Assembly: GCA_038150265.1 (NCBI GenBank)
Contig: JAYOTF010000002.1
Location: forward strand, 81,403-143,151
DNA from: Deltaproteobacteria bacterium
GTDB taxonomy: Bacteria; SAR324; NAC60-12
DNA length: 61,749 bases
Direction: 5' to 3'
Position numbers and translations under genes: made by a program. Below the pieces are notes generated by a model, which worked only from the letters and a program-made list of their open reading frames with translations, was not told the origin of the DNA and ran no database searches. Shown here piece by piece: positions 9,101 to 17,456 of this stretch; the stretch's first letter is position 1; the number at the start of each line of letters is the position of its first letter.

Positions 9101-9168
9101 TGAACAGCTCCTAAACTTGAGGTTCATTTGGGGTGAAGGCGGTCTTGAGAAAAAGATACCCAAGAACT

Positions 9169-9206
9169 ATGAAGCAATTATGAACACTTCATGGAAGGTT
9201 CATGAA
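9169..9206 (-). promoter_or_regulatory. Four TTCAT-like direct repeats at 11-bp period (OmpR/PhoB-type binding array)
   Basis: ATGAA/ATGGA on the + strand at 9169, 9180, 9191 and 9202, in the intergenic gap. Confidence 0.6.
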
Positions 9207-9212
9207 GTTGCC

Positions 9213-9416
9213 TCAATCGTCCCAGTCGTCGTCTCGTCCCTCGTCGTGGTAGCGGCGAGATCGGGAAGATCGGCTACGGTAGTCGTCTGAAGACCGATCG
9301 GTTTCATAGTAGCGGGACGAGCCAGAGTAACGGCCCTCGTAGCGTTCGGGACCGAAACATCCAGCCAGCATTAAAGAAAGTGGTAGTGCACCAATGAGGA
9401 AGAACGGTTTCATCAC
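9213..9416 (-). CDS. Small R/S/Y/D-rich lipoprotein (about 67 aa)
   Basis: Lipobox LAGC; ends GRDDDWDD; co-oriented within the operon. Confidence 0.65.
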   Translation of the reverse strand: MMKPFFLIGALPLSLMLAGCFGPERYEGRYSGSSRYYETDRSSDDYRSRSSRSRRYHDEGRDDDWDD

Positions 9417-9440
9417 AAATCTCGTGGAAGCTGTTGTCAG

Positions 9441-10019
9441 TTAGTCAAGAAAACCATGCCCCACCCAAAGCAGCAGGACCATGACAATGGAGAGAACGTG
9501 CTGAGAGTGAATGAGCCGGTTGACCTTGGCACCGGGGGCATCTGCCCGCTGCAGCTTCATGATGAGCCCACTGAGCGCCAGCAGCACCATCAGGCCCCAC
9601 CCGGCCCACACCAGGACGTTGCCCTCTCCCGCGGTGATGCCATGCAGCCACGCAATGCCGATCAGCACCGGGTTCCCCCAGTAATGCAGGCTCCGGGTGG
9701 CATTCTTCCACTTCAGGGGCTGCTTCACCCAGGACGGGGAGCTGGTCCGGACGGCTTTGGGCGCGCGTTTGAAGCCCATGCTGTAGTAGTAGAGGGCATT
9801 GAGGGCGACAAACCCGAGCAGGGCCACGTTTCCGAGGGCTTCCCCGGCTTCGGATCCTTCTCCGCCTTCGTAGCCCTCTCCTCCAAAGAACGACGAGGAA
9901 CGGCGGTCGTCATCCCCTTCCCCCCAGTCGTCGTCATCCGCCCAAAGCGGGACGGAGAGCAGCAGGAGCGAGGCGAGCAGAACCAGGAAGGCTTTCCAGC
10001 GAAGCGAGGCGTTAGTCAT
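9441..10019 (-). CDS. Membrane protein with His-bearing helices, cytochrome b-like
   Basis: Signal peptide, acidic N-terminus, four TM segments with SLHYW, WLHG, LIHSQH and VGHG. Confidence 0.65.
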   Translation of the reverse strand: MTNASLRWKAFLVLLASLLLLSVPLWADDDDWGEGDDDRRSSSFFGGEGYEGGEGSEAGEALGNVALLGFVALNALYYYSMGFKRAPKAVRTSSPSWVKQPLKWKNATRSLHYWGNPVLIGIAWLHGITAGEGNVLVWAGWGLMVLLALSGLIMKLQRADAPGAKVNRLIHSQHVLSIVMVLLLWVGHGFLD

Positions 10020-11406
10020 GAGCAGATTCCGAAGAGGTGTGGGGGAGGATCAGGCGGACGGTCGTGCCCTGGTGTGCCTGGCTTTCCAGTTCAATTCGAC
10101 CCTGATGGGCCTCCATGATCTTTTTGCAGAGGGCCAGGCCCAGGCCAATCCCGCGACTGCGGGTGGTGTAAAACTGTTCAAAGATGTGCTCCATGTGTTC
10201 CGGAGTGATGCCGTCTCCCTCGTCTGTGATCCGGATCCATTGATGGGTGGCATCAGCCTCCACAGCGCACGTGATGCGGCTGCCTTCCGGAGAGGCATCC
10301 AGCGCATTGGAAAGCACGATCAGGAGGGCTTCCTCGAGCAGAGATGGATCTGCCGAGAGAGGGGGAAGCTCCGGAGCCTCCGGAATCTGCAAGGCCACAT
10401 TCTGTTCCCGCAGGCGCCACTCCAGCGACCGTCCGGCTTCCACGACCATCGGGTAGAGCTGCAGAGGAGCAGGATTGGGGTGAAAGGGACGGACAAAGTT
10501 GAGCAGGTGGTTGACGCGCTCGGTGAGCCGGTCGATCTCCCGGACCAGTGAGAGGACGATGTCCTGGCTTTCCTCTTTGGTGATCGAGGGAATCGAGAGC
10601 AGCTGCAGCGCGGCACGCAGTCCGGCAATGGGGTTTTTCAGTCCATGCGCAACGGAGGCGCTCACTTCCCCCATGGCGGCCAGCCGTTCCTGCTTCAGGA
10701 GCTGCACCTGCGCGGCACGGAGCTCCTGGTTGGCCTGCGCAAGCTCCTGCGCGCTGTCGAGGAGGCTGTTGTGCTGACGACGCAGAATCCGGGAGGCGGG
10801 GAAGATGATCAGGAGCAACGTCAGGTAGAGGATGCTGCCGAAGCTGAGGCTGTAGACCCAGACCGACTGCCGAAGCGAATCCACCTGCCGCTTGAGCTGA
10901 ACGTTGTAGCGATGGACCTCGATGACGCCGATGATGTCGCTTCCCCGCGGAATTGGAATGTACAAAGCGGAAGCATAGCGAGCATCCGCATGCGGGAAGG
11001 CCTCTTCATCGACCATCTCGTGCTTCAGGGTCGCCTGCCCAGACATGGCCTGACGGAAGACCGCGGAGTCCTTGTACTCTCCGGTTTCTTCCTGAATGGA
11101 GGACCACCCGATCAGGCCATCCGGATGAATGATCTCAATGCCATGGCTGCCCGGAACCATTGTGACGGCGTGCAGGACGTCCTTCAGCAACTCGCTGTCG
11201 GTGTAGAGTGTCTCAAAGGGGCGATTCCCGAGGTACTCCACCACCTCCGACTGCACGGTGGTGGTCGTGATGAGGGTGTCTCGGCTCAGCAGCTCTTCTT
11301 CCAGCTGATTGCCCAGCAACCAGCTGAGCATCAACGTGAAGCCACACAGCACCAGCAGGCTGGCAACAGAAAAAACGGGAAGCAACGGAAACGGGCGTGC
11401 AGGCAT
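10012..11406 (-). CDS. Membrane-bound sensor histidine kinase
   Basis: Two TMs around a periplasmic domain; H-box SVAHGLKNPI; NALDA; DEGDGI; GIGLGL; start placed at MPARP (GAGGT RBS). Confidence 0.92.
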   Translation of the reverse strand: MPARPFPLLPVFSVASLLVLCGFTLMLSWLLGNQLEEELLSRDTLITTTTVQSEVVEYLGNRPFETLYTDSELLKDVLHAVTMVPGSHGIEIIHPDGLIGWSSIQEETGEYKDSAVFRQAMSGQATLKHEMVDEEAFPHADARYASALYIPIPRGSDIIGVIEVHRYNVQLKRQVDSLRQSVWVYSLSFGSILYLTLLLIIFPASRILRRQHNSLLDSAQELAQANQELRAAQVQLLKQERLAAMGEVSASVAHGLKNPIAGLRAALQLLSIPSITKEESQDIVLSLVREIDRLTERVNHLLNFVRPFHPNPAPLQLYPMVVEAGRSLEWRLREQNVALQIPEAPELPPLSADPSLLEEALLIVLSNALDASPEGSRITCAVEADATHQWIRITDEGDGITPEHMEHIFEQFYTTRSRGIGLGLALCKKIMEAHQGRIELESQAHQGTTVRLILPHTSSESAHD

Positions 11407-11578
11407 GAGGACCTCGGTCGGGTCTAAGGGGCCTGAAGGACGACCACCTTCCCCCGCAGGCGACTCGGCACCAGAGGCGTGGGCCTCTGTGGGTCGGGAA
11501 AGAGAAGAAGTGGTGGTGAGCATGGTCGCAGTCAGCAAGAGGGCCTTCAGCTTGAGAAGCCTGTTTTTTATGAAATGC

Positions 11579-11594
11579 AGCAAGTCGCAGACCA
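11579..11594 (-). promoter_or_regulatory. Putative sigma54 (-24/-12) promoter
   Basis: Minus strand TGGTCTGCGACTTGCT = TGG-N8-TTGC. Confidence 0.7.
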
Positions 11595-11622
11595 GCGGTT
11601 GTGGTTATTTTTTATTAAATAA

Positions 11623-11635
11623 AATCAGTATTTTG
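11623..11635 (+). promoter_or_regulatory. Putative IHF site
   Basis: AATCAGTATTTTG, exact match to WATCARNNNNTTR, preceded by an AT tract. Confidence 0.65.
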
Positions 11636-11662
11636 ATTTTATCTGGGAGGCGGTTGATCAAA

Positions 11663-11708
11663 AAGTGGGGATTAAAGTGGGGGTAAAGAAGCGGGGATTA
11701 AAGTGGGG
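11663..11708 (-). promoter_or_regulatory. Direct repeat, putative upstream activator sequence
   Basis: AAGYGGGGATTAAAGTGGGG twice (11663, 11689); minus strand CCCCACTTTAATCCCCRCTT resembles 1188-1227. Confidence 0.65.
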
Positions 11709-11718
11709 TGGGGAGACC

Positions 11719-11760
11719 AAAAAAAAATCCCCGGATACGGACGAGCCGCACCGGGGATTT
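11719..11760 (-). terminator. Rho-independent terminator of the phasin-like gene
   Basis: Minus strand AAATCCCCGG...CCGGGGATTT stem running into 9 T. Confidence 0.8.
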
Positions 11761-11787
11761 CAAATGAGACGGGGAAGGCGTCTGTGC

Positions 11788-12093
11788 TTACAGAGCCGGA
11801 ACCATGGCCTCAGCGGAAGTCATCCACTGGTTGGTTTGCTGGCGCACGTCTTGAGCCACTTTGCGGACCTGAGCGTAGCCGTCGGTGAGGGCTTTCAGCT
11901 GAACAGGCTTGGCGTCTTTCAGGACGGCAACCATCGGGTTCTGATCCATCATCGGCAGCTTCTCCATCATGCCGAAGGTCTGCTCCAGCGCTTGCTTTTG
12001 CAGGGTCTCCAGCTCGCCCAGACCTTTTTCGTACTGGTCGCAGAAGTCGTTGTAAGCTTTTTTGGCAGGGGCCATCATCGTTTCTTTAGCCAT
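11788..12093 (-). CDS. Small alpha-helical protein, phasin-like
   Basis: AAGGAG RBS; Q/K/M/A-rich amphipathic helical composition; own terminator. Confidence 0.55.
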   Translation of the reverse strand: MAKETMMAPAKKAYNDFCDQYEKGLGELETLQKQALEQTFGMMEKLPMMDQNPMVAVLKDAKPVQLKALTDGYAQVRKVAQDVRQQTNQWMTSAEAMVPAL

Positions 12094-12170
12094 GGGGTCT
12101 CCTTGAGAACGTCATGTATGCAGGGGGTTGGCTCGGTTGAGCAACATCGATGAAACCCATTCTAGTTTGG

Positions 12171-12209
12171 TTTCTATAAATTGCAACTAAAATTGTTAAT
12201 TTATAGAAA
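12171..12209. promoter_or_regulatory. AT-rich 12-bp inverted repeat, operator-like
   Basis: TTTCTATAAATT-N15-AATTTATAGAAA upstream of the phasin-like gene. Confidence 0.55.
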
Positions 12210-12287
12210 AATAATTTTTAAGTGGTTTGGGCCGAGCCATGGGAGCGGCTCAGAGCGCCCCGGAGTTCCGGAGCTCCGTTCCTGGAA

Positions 12288-13151
12288 TCAGCTGAAGACA
12301 ATGGTTTTATTCTGATGCACGAGCACTCGGTCTTCCAGGTGCCAGAGGACGGCTCGGGTGAGAACGGCTCGCTCAATGTCCTGTCCCAGTTCCTGAAGCT
12401 GCCGGGGGGAGAAGTCGTGAGCGACCCGGACCACGTCCTGCTCAATGATCGGCCCTTCGTCAAGGTCCATGGTGGCGTAGTGGGCCGTTGCGCCGATGAG
12501 CTTGACGCCACGTTCGTAGGCCTGCCGGTAGGGGTTGGCGCCAATGAACGCCGGCAGGAAGGAGTGGTGGATGTTGATGATGCGGTAGGGATACTGGGCA
12601 ATGAAGTCCTGCGAAAGGATCTGCATGTAGCGGGCGAGCACAACGAGATCCACCTGCCCCGCCATGAGGTCCAGAATCGTGGCTTCTGCGTCTGCCTTGG
12701 TACCGGACGTGACCGGCACCTCGTGATACGGCACCCCAAAGCGTTCGGTGGCGTCGCGCAGGTCCGGGTGGTTGCTGATCACCATGGCGATCCGAGCCGG
12801 TAGCAGCTGGCGACTGTGACGCCAGAGCAGGTCCAGGAGGACGTGGTCGTACTTCGACACCAAAATCGCGACGCGCTTGTGCTCGGCTGCGGGATTGAGC
12901 ACCCAGTCCATGCCATACGTCCGGGCAACGGAGTCCCGGAAGTGCTTGCGCATCACCGGAAGCGACTCCTCCAACTCCTCAATGGCAAACTCCACCCGCA
13001 TGAAGAGCGTGCCTCCGGATGGATCCGTGGAGTGCTGATCGAGGTCGAGGATGTTGCCGCCGTGGTTGTAAAGGAAGGTCGAGACGGCCGAGACGATGCC
13101 GGGGCGATCGGGGCAGGAGATGAGCAGGCGTGCGATGGAGTTGGCTTTCAT
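12288..13151 (-). CDS. purU: Formyltetrahydrofolate deformylase
   Basis: ACT domain CPDRPGIV; VLARYMQILS; INIHHSFLPAFIGANPY; GVKLIGATAH; DEGPIIEQ. Confidence 0.97.
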   Translation of the reverse strand: MKANSIARLLISCPDRPGIVSAVSTFLYNHGGNILDLDQHSTDPSGGTLFMRVEFAIEELEESLPVMRKHFRDSVARTYGMDWVLNPAAEHKRVAILVSKYDHVLLDLLWRHSRQLLPARIAMVISNHPDLRDATERFGVPYHEVPVTSGTKADAEATILDLMAGQVDLVVLARYMQILSQDFIAQYPYRIINIHHSFLPAFIGANPYRQAYERGVKLIGATAHYATMDLDEGPIIEQDVVRVAHDFSPRQLQELGQDIERAVLTRAVLWHLEDRVLVHQNKTIVFS

Positions 13152-13329
13152 GACAGTCAAGGAATGAGAAAGAAGAGCGCCTCCTCCTCAGCTTCCGGAG
13201 GGGCAGCATCAGTTCTGCAACACTCAGTCCTTCAAAACGGCTGGAAAAAACGACGGTCGAAATCAACGGCTCCGGAGTCGTCCAGAAGAGAAAGCGGCAA
13301 CAGAGCCGACTCCGGAGGAACCGTGGCGT

Positions 13330-14328
13330 TTAGCCGACCTTGACCGGCTTCCCCGTTTGCAGCGACTCCTTGGCCGCCAGTGCGATCAGGACGGGCGCGA
13401 GGCCATCGTTTCCAGAAACCGGAGGGGCCTGGTTCTGCTGAACGGCTTGCACAAAGGCCTGCAGCTCAGCCACAAACGCCGCCTGGTAGCGCTCCAGAAA
13501 GAAGTACAGGGGCTTGTCACTGACGGTTCCCGATTCCTTCATGACGGTCATCCGGGTGGGCGTGTTGTTGTCGGCAAAGGCCATCCCGCTGGAGCCAAAC
13601 ACCTCAATGCGCTGATCGTAACCGTAAACGGCCTTTCGGCTGTTCTCAATCACGCCCAGGGCCCCGTTGGCGAGCTTGAGCGAAATGACGGCGGTGTCAA
13701 TGTCACCAGCCTTGCCAATCTCCGGATCCACCAGCACGGCGCCATAGGCGTGGACCTCCTCGACTTCGCTGCCGCTGAGGAAGCGGATCATGTCAAAATC
13801 GTGGATGGTCATGTCGAGAAACAGGCCCCCGGAGCTGGCAACGTACTCGGCAGGAGGCGGGGCGGGATCGCGAGAGGTGACCCGGATCAACTGCGGCTCG
13901 CCCAGGGCTCCGGACGCCACCTGCTGCTGCACGGCGGCAAAGCTGGGGTCAAAGCGACGATTGAAGCCGACCTGCAGCGTGACCCCTGCCCGTTCGACCG
14001 CTGCCAGCGCCTGGCGAATCACCTCCGGATCCAGCGCAATCGGCTTCTCACAGAAGATGTGCTTCCCGGCCTGGGCGCATTCAATCATCTGAGGGGCGTG
14101 TTCCGGAGAAGGAGACCCAATGAGGATGGCATCAATTTCCGGATCTTCCAGGAGCATCCGGTGGTCCTTCCCAAAGACTTCAATGCCTCGCGATTGCGCC
14201 CAGGCTTCGTCGAGAAACGGGTCGGTGATTGCCTTGAGTCGGGCGCCGTCCACGCGGCTGAGCAGGTTGTCCGCATGCAACTTGCCGATGCGTCCGGCCC
14301 CGATGATGCCAAAGGTAAGGGGATTCAT
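13330..14328 (-). CDS. iolG: myo-inositol 2-dehydrogenase
   Basis: GAGRIG; CEKP; GFNRRFD; SRDPAPP; DMTIHDFD; YGYDQRIEVFGS; divergent from the iol operon. Confidence 0.93.
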   Translation of the reverse strand: MNPLTFGIIGAGRIGKLHADNLLSRVDGARLKAITDPFLDEAWAQSRGIEVFGKDHRMLLEDPEIDAILIGSPSPEHAPQMIECAQAGKHIFCEKPIALDPEVIRQALAAVERAGVTLQVGFNRRFDPSFAAVQQQVASGALGEPQLIRVTSRDPAPPPAEYVASSGGLFLDMTIHDFDMIRFLSGSEVEEVHAYGAVLVDPEIGKAGDIDTAVISLKLANGALGVIENSRKAVYGYDQRIEVFGSSGMAFADNNTPTRMTVMKESGTVSDKPLYFFLERYQAAFVAELQAFVQAVQQNQAPPVSGNDGLAPVLIALAAKESLQTGKPVKVG

Positions 14329-14506
14329 AAAGGTGCATTTCGAAATGAGATGAAGAAGGATCACCCACGTCCGTGGCGCAGGCTGGCGGAGGGCTCGAAA
14401 CCGGTACGATCCGGAACATGCTCCTGCTTGAGAAGACACCAGAGCCGCCGCTGATGCAAGCTCTGAAATTCTGAAGCGCCGCGTGAAAATGTAGTTGACT
14501 TCCACG

Positions 14507-14554
14507 TAAATGGCAAATATATTCCGATTGTTTGTTAAATGGAATATTTTTTCC
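14507..14554. promoter_or_regulatory. Two IolR-type operators
   Basis: TAAATGGCAAATATATTCC and TAAATGGAATATTTTTTCC (GGAA-N6-TTCC pattern) between iolG and iolC. Confidence 0.65.
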
Positions 14555-14692
14555 TAAATCCTGAAGGGAGCCGAGTCGCGACCCTGCCGAATTGCCCCTT
14601 GAGAGCGCTGGCTCAACGAGCTGTTTGCGCCCGATACGGCTACCTGCCGGAGGCGGCTTCCCCCATGAATTGATTTGCCAGTAGAAACCGCC

Positions 14693-16603
14693 ATGTCTCG
14701 ACCGTTTGATGCCAGTCGCTCACTTGATCTCATCAGCATGGGACGGGTGGCGGTGGACCTTTATGCCGAGCAGGTTCACAGTCCCTTGGAAGAAGCCCAG
14801 AGCTTTCGCCGGTACCTCGGGGGATGTGCGGGCAACATCGCCGTTGGAACCGCGCGGCTCGGGCTGAAGTCTTCCATGTTTTCCTGTGTGGGAACCGACG
14901 ACATGGGCCGGTTTCTGCGGGCACAGCTGCAGCGCGAGGGGGTGGACACGTCCTTGTTGCAGGAAACCTCCGAGCACCTCACGGCGCTGGTGCTGCTGGG
15001 GGTGAGTCCGCCCGACCGCTTTCCCCTGATTTTCTATCGTGAGAACTGCGCCGACATGCAGCTGCGTCCCGAACACGCGCAGGCGGAGGTGTTTGCACGA
15101 GCAAAGGCGCTCCTCATCACCGGAACGGGCCTGTCCACGCCCTCCATGCGGCAGGCCACGTTGCAGGCGGTGAAGGTCGCCAAGGCCTCTGGCTGTGCCG
15201 TGATCCTCGACATCGACTACCGTCCGGTACTGTGGGGGCTCACTGCAGCCGGAGACGGAGAAAGCCGCTTTGTTGCCTCCAGCCGGGTCACCCGGGAGCT
15301 GCTCCCGTTGCTTCCGGAACTGGATCTGATCATCGGCACCGAAGAGGAGGTGCTGATTGCTGGAGGCTCCGAATCGCTGGCGGCGGCGTTGGAGACGATC
15401 CGGTCGTCTTCTCCTGCGACGGTGGTCCTCAAACGGGGGGAGCGTGGGTGTGAAGTCTTTGAGCCTGAGCATCCGGAGCCTCGAACGGCCCGCTCCTTTC
15501 CGATTGACGTCCTCAATGTGCTGGGAGCCGGAGACGCGTTTGCCTCCGGATTCCTCCGGGGCTGGCTTCGGGGCGAGCCGCTGGAAACCTGTGCCCTCTG
15601 GGGCAATGCCAACGGCGCGCTGACGGTCACCCGGCACGGTTGTGCGCCGGCGATGGCCTCGTTTTCAGAGCTGCAGTACCTGATCGGTCAGTTTGATCAC
15701 GATCCGGCGGTGCTGCAGAGTCCGGAGCTGCTTCGGCGGCACCAGCAAACCGTGCTGGGCTTTCCCCGGGAGCATCCGCTGCTGGTGCTGGCGTTCGATC
15801 ACCGCCGGCAGTTTGAGGAAACGTGCGAGCGCCTGAAGGTTTCGGAGGAGCGCATTCCGGAGTTCAAGCAGCAGGTGCATCAGGGCTTCCTGAAGGTGGT
15901 GGCGCGCAATCCGGAGTTGCCCCTGGCGCTGCTGGTCGATCCGCAGTATGGAAGCCGCATTTTGCAAGACTCGGCCTATGCGCCTTATGAAGTCGGTGTG
16001 CCGGTAGAGAAGGCCGGGTCGTTTCCGGTGGAGTGGCTCTGTGGTCCGGAGCTGCATCAGCACCTCCTCAAGCGTCCCAGCGAGTGGTTTGTGAAGGTGC
16101 TCTGGCACTTCCACCCCGACCTGCCTCCAGAGCAGCAGGAGCAGCAGCTGCGGCAGCTTTCCCAGCTGGAAGCCGTGTGCCGCGAACTGGACCGGCGCCT
16201 GATGCTGGAGCTGATTCTTCCCGAGTCCCTTCCTGAAACCGGAGGCGCGCTGGCCCAGGCAATGGAGGCTGTCTATGCGGCTCGGATTTATCCGTTTTGG
16301 TGGAAGGTCATGGCCCTGGATTCGGAAGCGGATTGGCAGCAGGTGACGCGTGTGCTGAATCAGCAGGATCCGGATGCGGGAGTGATCGTGCTGGGCAAGA
16401 ATGCGCCGCTGGAGCAGTTTCAGGAGTGGTTCCGACTCTTCCGGGCCACGCCGCACGCCTGTGGCTTTGCCATTGGGCGCAGCATCTTCTGGGAACCGTG
16501 GGAAGCCTTTGCGGCCGGTGAACTTCCTGCCGAAGAGGTCCCGCAGATCATTGCTGAACGGTATCAGCAGCTATTGGAATTGTGGAACGCGTACGCGCCC
16601 TAA
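14693..16603 (+). CDS. iolC: 5-dehydro-2-deoxygluconokinase with C-terminal DUF2090 aldolase-like domain
   Basis: GRVAVDLY; FPLIFYRENCADM; DIDYRPVLW; NVLGAGDAF; LAFDHR; GFAIGRSIF. Confidence 0.95.
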   Translation: MSRPFDASRSLDLISMGRVAVDLYAEQVHSPLEEAQSFRRYLGGCAGNIAVGTARLGLKSSMFSCVGTDDMGRFLRAQLQREGVDTSLLQETSEHLTALVLLGVSPPDRFPLIFYRENCADMQLRPEHAQAEVFARAKALLITGTGLSTPSMRQATLQAVKVAKASGCAVILDIDYRPVLWGLTAAGDGESRFVASSRVTRELLPLLPELDLIIGTEEEVLIAGGSESLAAALETIRSSSPATVVLKRGERGCEVFEPEHPEPRTARSFPIDVLNVLGAGDAFASGFLRGWLRGEPLETCALWGNANGALTVTRHGCAPAMASFSELQYLIGQFDHDPAVLQSPELLRRHQQTVLGFPREHPLLVLAFDHRRQFEETCERLKVSEERIPEFKQQVHQGFLKVVARNPELPLALLVDPQYGSRILQDSAYAPYEVGVPVEKAGSFPVEWLCGPELHQHLLKRPSEWFVKVLWHFHPDLPPEQQEQQLRQLSQLEAVCRELDRRLMLELILPESLPETGGALAQAMEAVYAARIYPFWWKVMALDSEADWQQVTRVLNQQDPDAGVIVLGKNAPLEQFQEWFRLFRATPHACGFAIGRSIFWEPWEAFAAGELPAEEVPQIIAERYQQLLELWNAYAP

Positions 16604-16618
16604 GAAAAAGGTTCACTC

Positions 16619-17422
16619 ATGTCTCACTTACTCAGTCGCCACCACACGCCCGACGCCTCCGGACGCACTCAGTCCATCACCCCAGAGTCTGCTGGCTGGA
16701 AGCACGTGGGCTTCGAGGTGTTTCACCTCAAGCCGGGCCAGCAGGTGCAGCAGGACACCGGAAACGAGGAGGTGTGCCTGGTGCTGGTTTCCGGAAAAGC
16801 CGATGTTTCCACACGGACCGACTCCTGGGAAAACCTGGGCGCGCGCATGAGCGTCTTTGACAACCAGGGCCCTTATGCCGTGTACGTCCCGAACGGGGAT
16901 GCCTTTACGGTGACCGCGACCACTGATCTGGAGCTGGCGGTCTGCCGAGCCCCCGGAAGGGGCAACCACGCGGCACGGTTGATCCGTCCGGACGCCATGA
17001 GCCGTGAAACCCGTGGGCAGGGCACCAACACTCGGCACGTCTGCAACATTTTGCCGGAGACTGAGCCGGCAGACAGCCTCCTGGTGGTGGAGGTGATCAC
17101 CCCAAACGGCAACTGGTCGAGCTACCCTCCGCACAAGCATGACTCCGACAACATTCCGGAGGAGTCCTACCTCGAAGAAACCTACTACCACCGCCTCCAT
17201 CCTCCCCAGGGCTTTGCCTTCCAGCGGGTCTACACGGACGATGGATCCATTGATGAGACCATGACGGTGCAGGACGGGGACGTGGTGATGGTTCCCCGAG
17301 GCTACCACCCGGTGGGAGCGCCACATGGATATGACCTCTACTACCTGAATGTCATGGCGGGCCCCACCCGGGTGTGGCACTTCAAGAATGCACCGGAACA
17401 TGAGTGGATCGTCAAACGCTGA
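16619..17422 (+). CDS. iolB: 5-deoxy-glucuronate isomerase
   Basis: GNWSSYPPHKHD; LEETYYH; VPRGYHP; YYLNVMAGP. Confidence 0.97.
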   Translation: MSHLLSRHHTPDASGRTQSITPESAGWKHVGFEVFHLKPGQQVQQDTGNEEVCLVLVSGKADVSTRTDSWENLGARMSVFDNQGPYAVYVPNGDAFTVTATTDLELAVCRAPGRGNHAARLIRPDAMSRETRGQGTNTRHVCNILPETEPADSLLVVEVITPNGNWSSYPPHKHDSDNIPEESYLEETYYHRLHPPQGFAFQRVYTDDGSIDETMTVQDGDVVMVPRGYHPVGAPHGYDLYYLNVMAGPTRVWHFKNAPEHEWIVKR

Positions 17423-17456
17423 CGATTCTGACGACCTGATTCACTACAGAGGAAGC

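Noticed and set aside
11407..11583. N-terminal extension of the kinase given by the ORF track (similar over-extensions for znuC, iolD, iolE, iolG)
   Set aside because: The extension overlaps the sigma54 promoter and lacks an RBS; downstream starts fit better.
1188..11708. Short direct repeats as a CRISPR remnant
   Set aside because: Only two copies each, no spacers of suitable length and no cas genes; position fits enhancers.
13152..13329. Possible ZTP or THF riboswitch upstream of purU
   Set aside because: Only a CTCCGGAGTCG/CGACTCCGGAG inverted repeat is visible; conserved aptamer motifs were not found.
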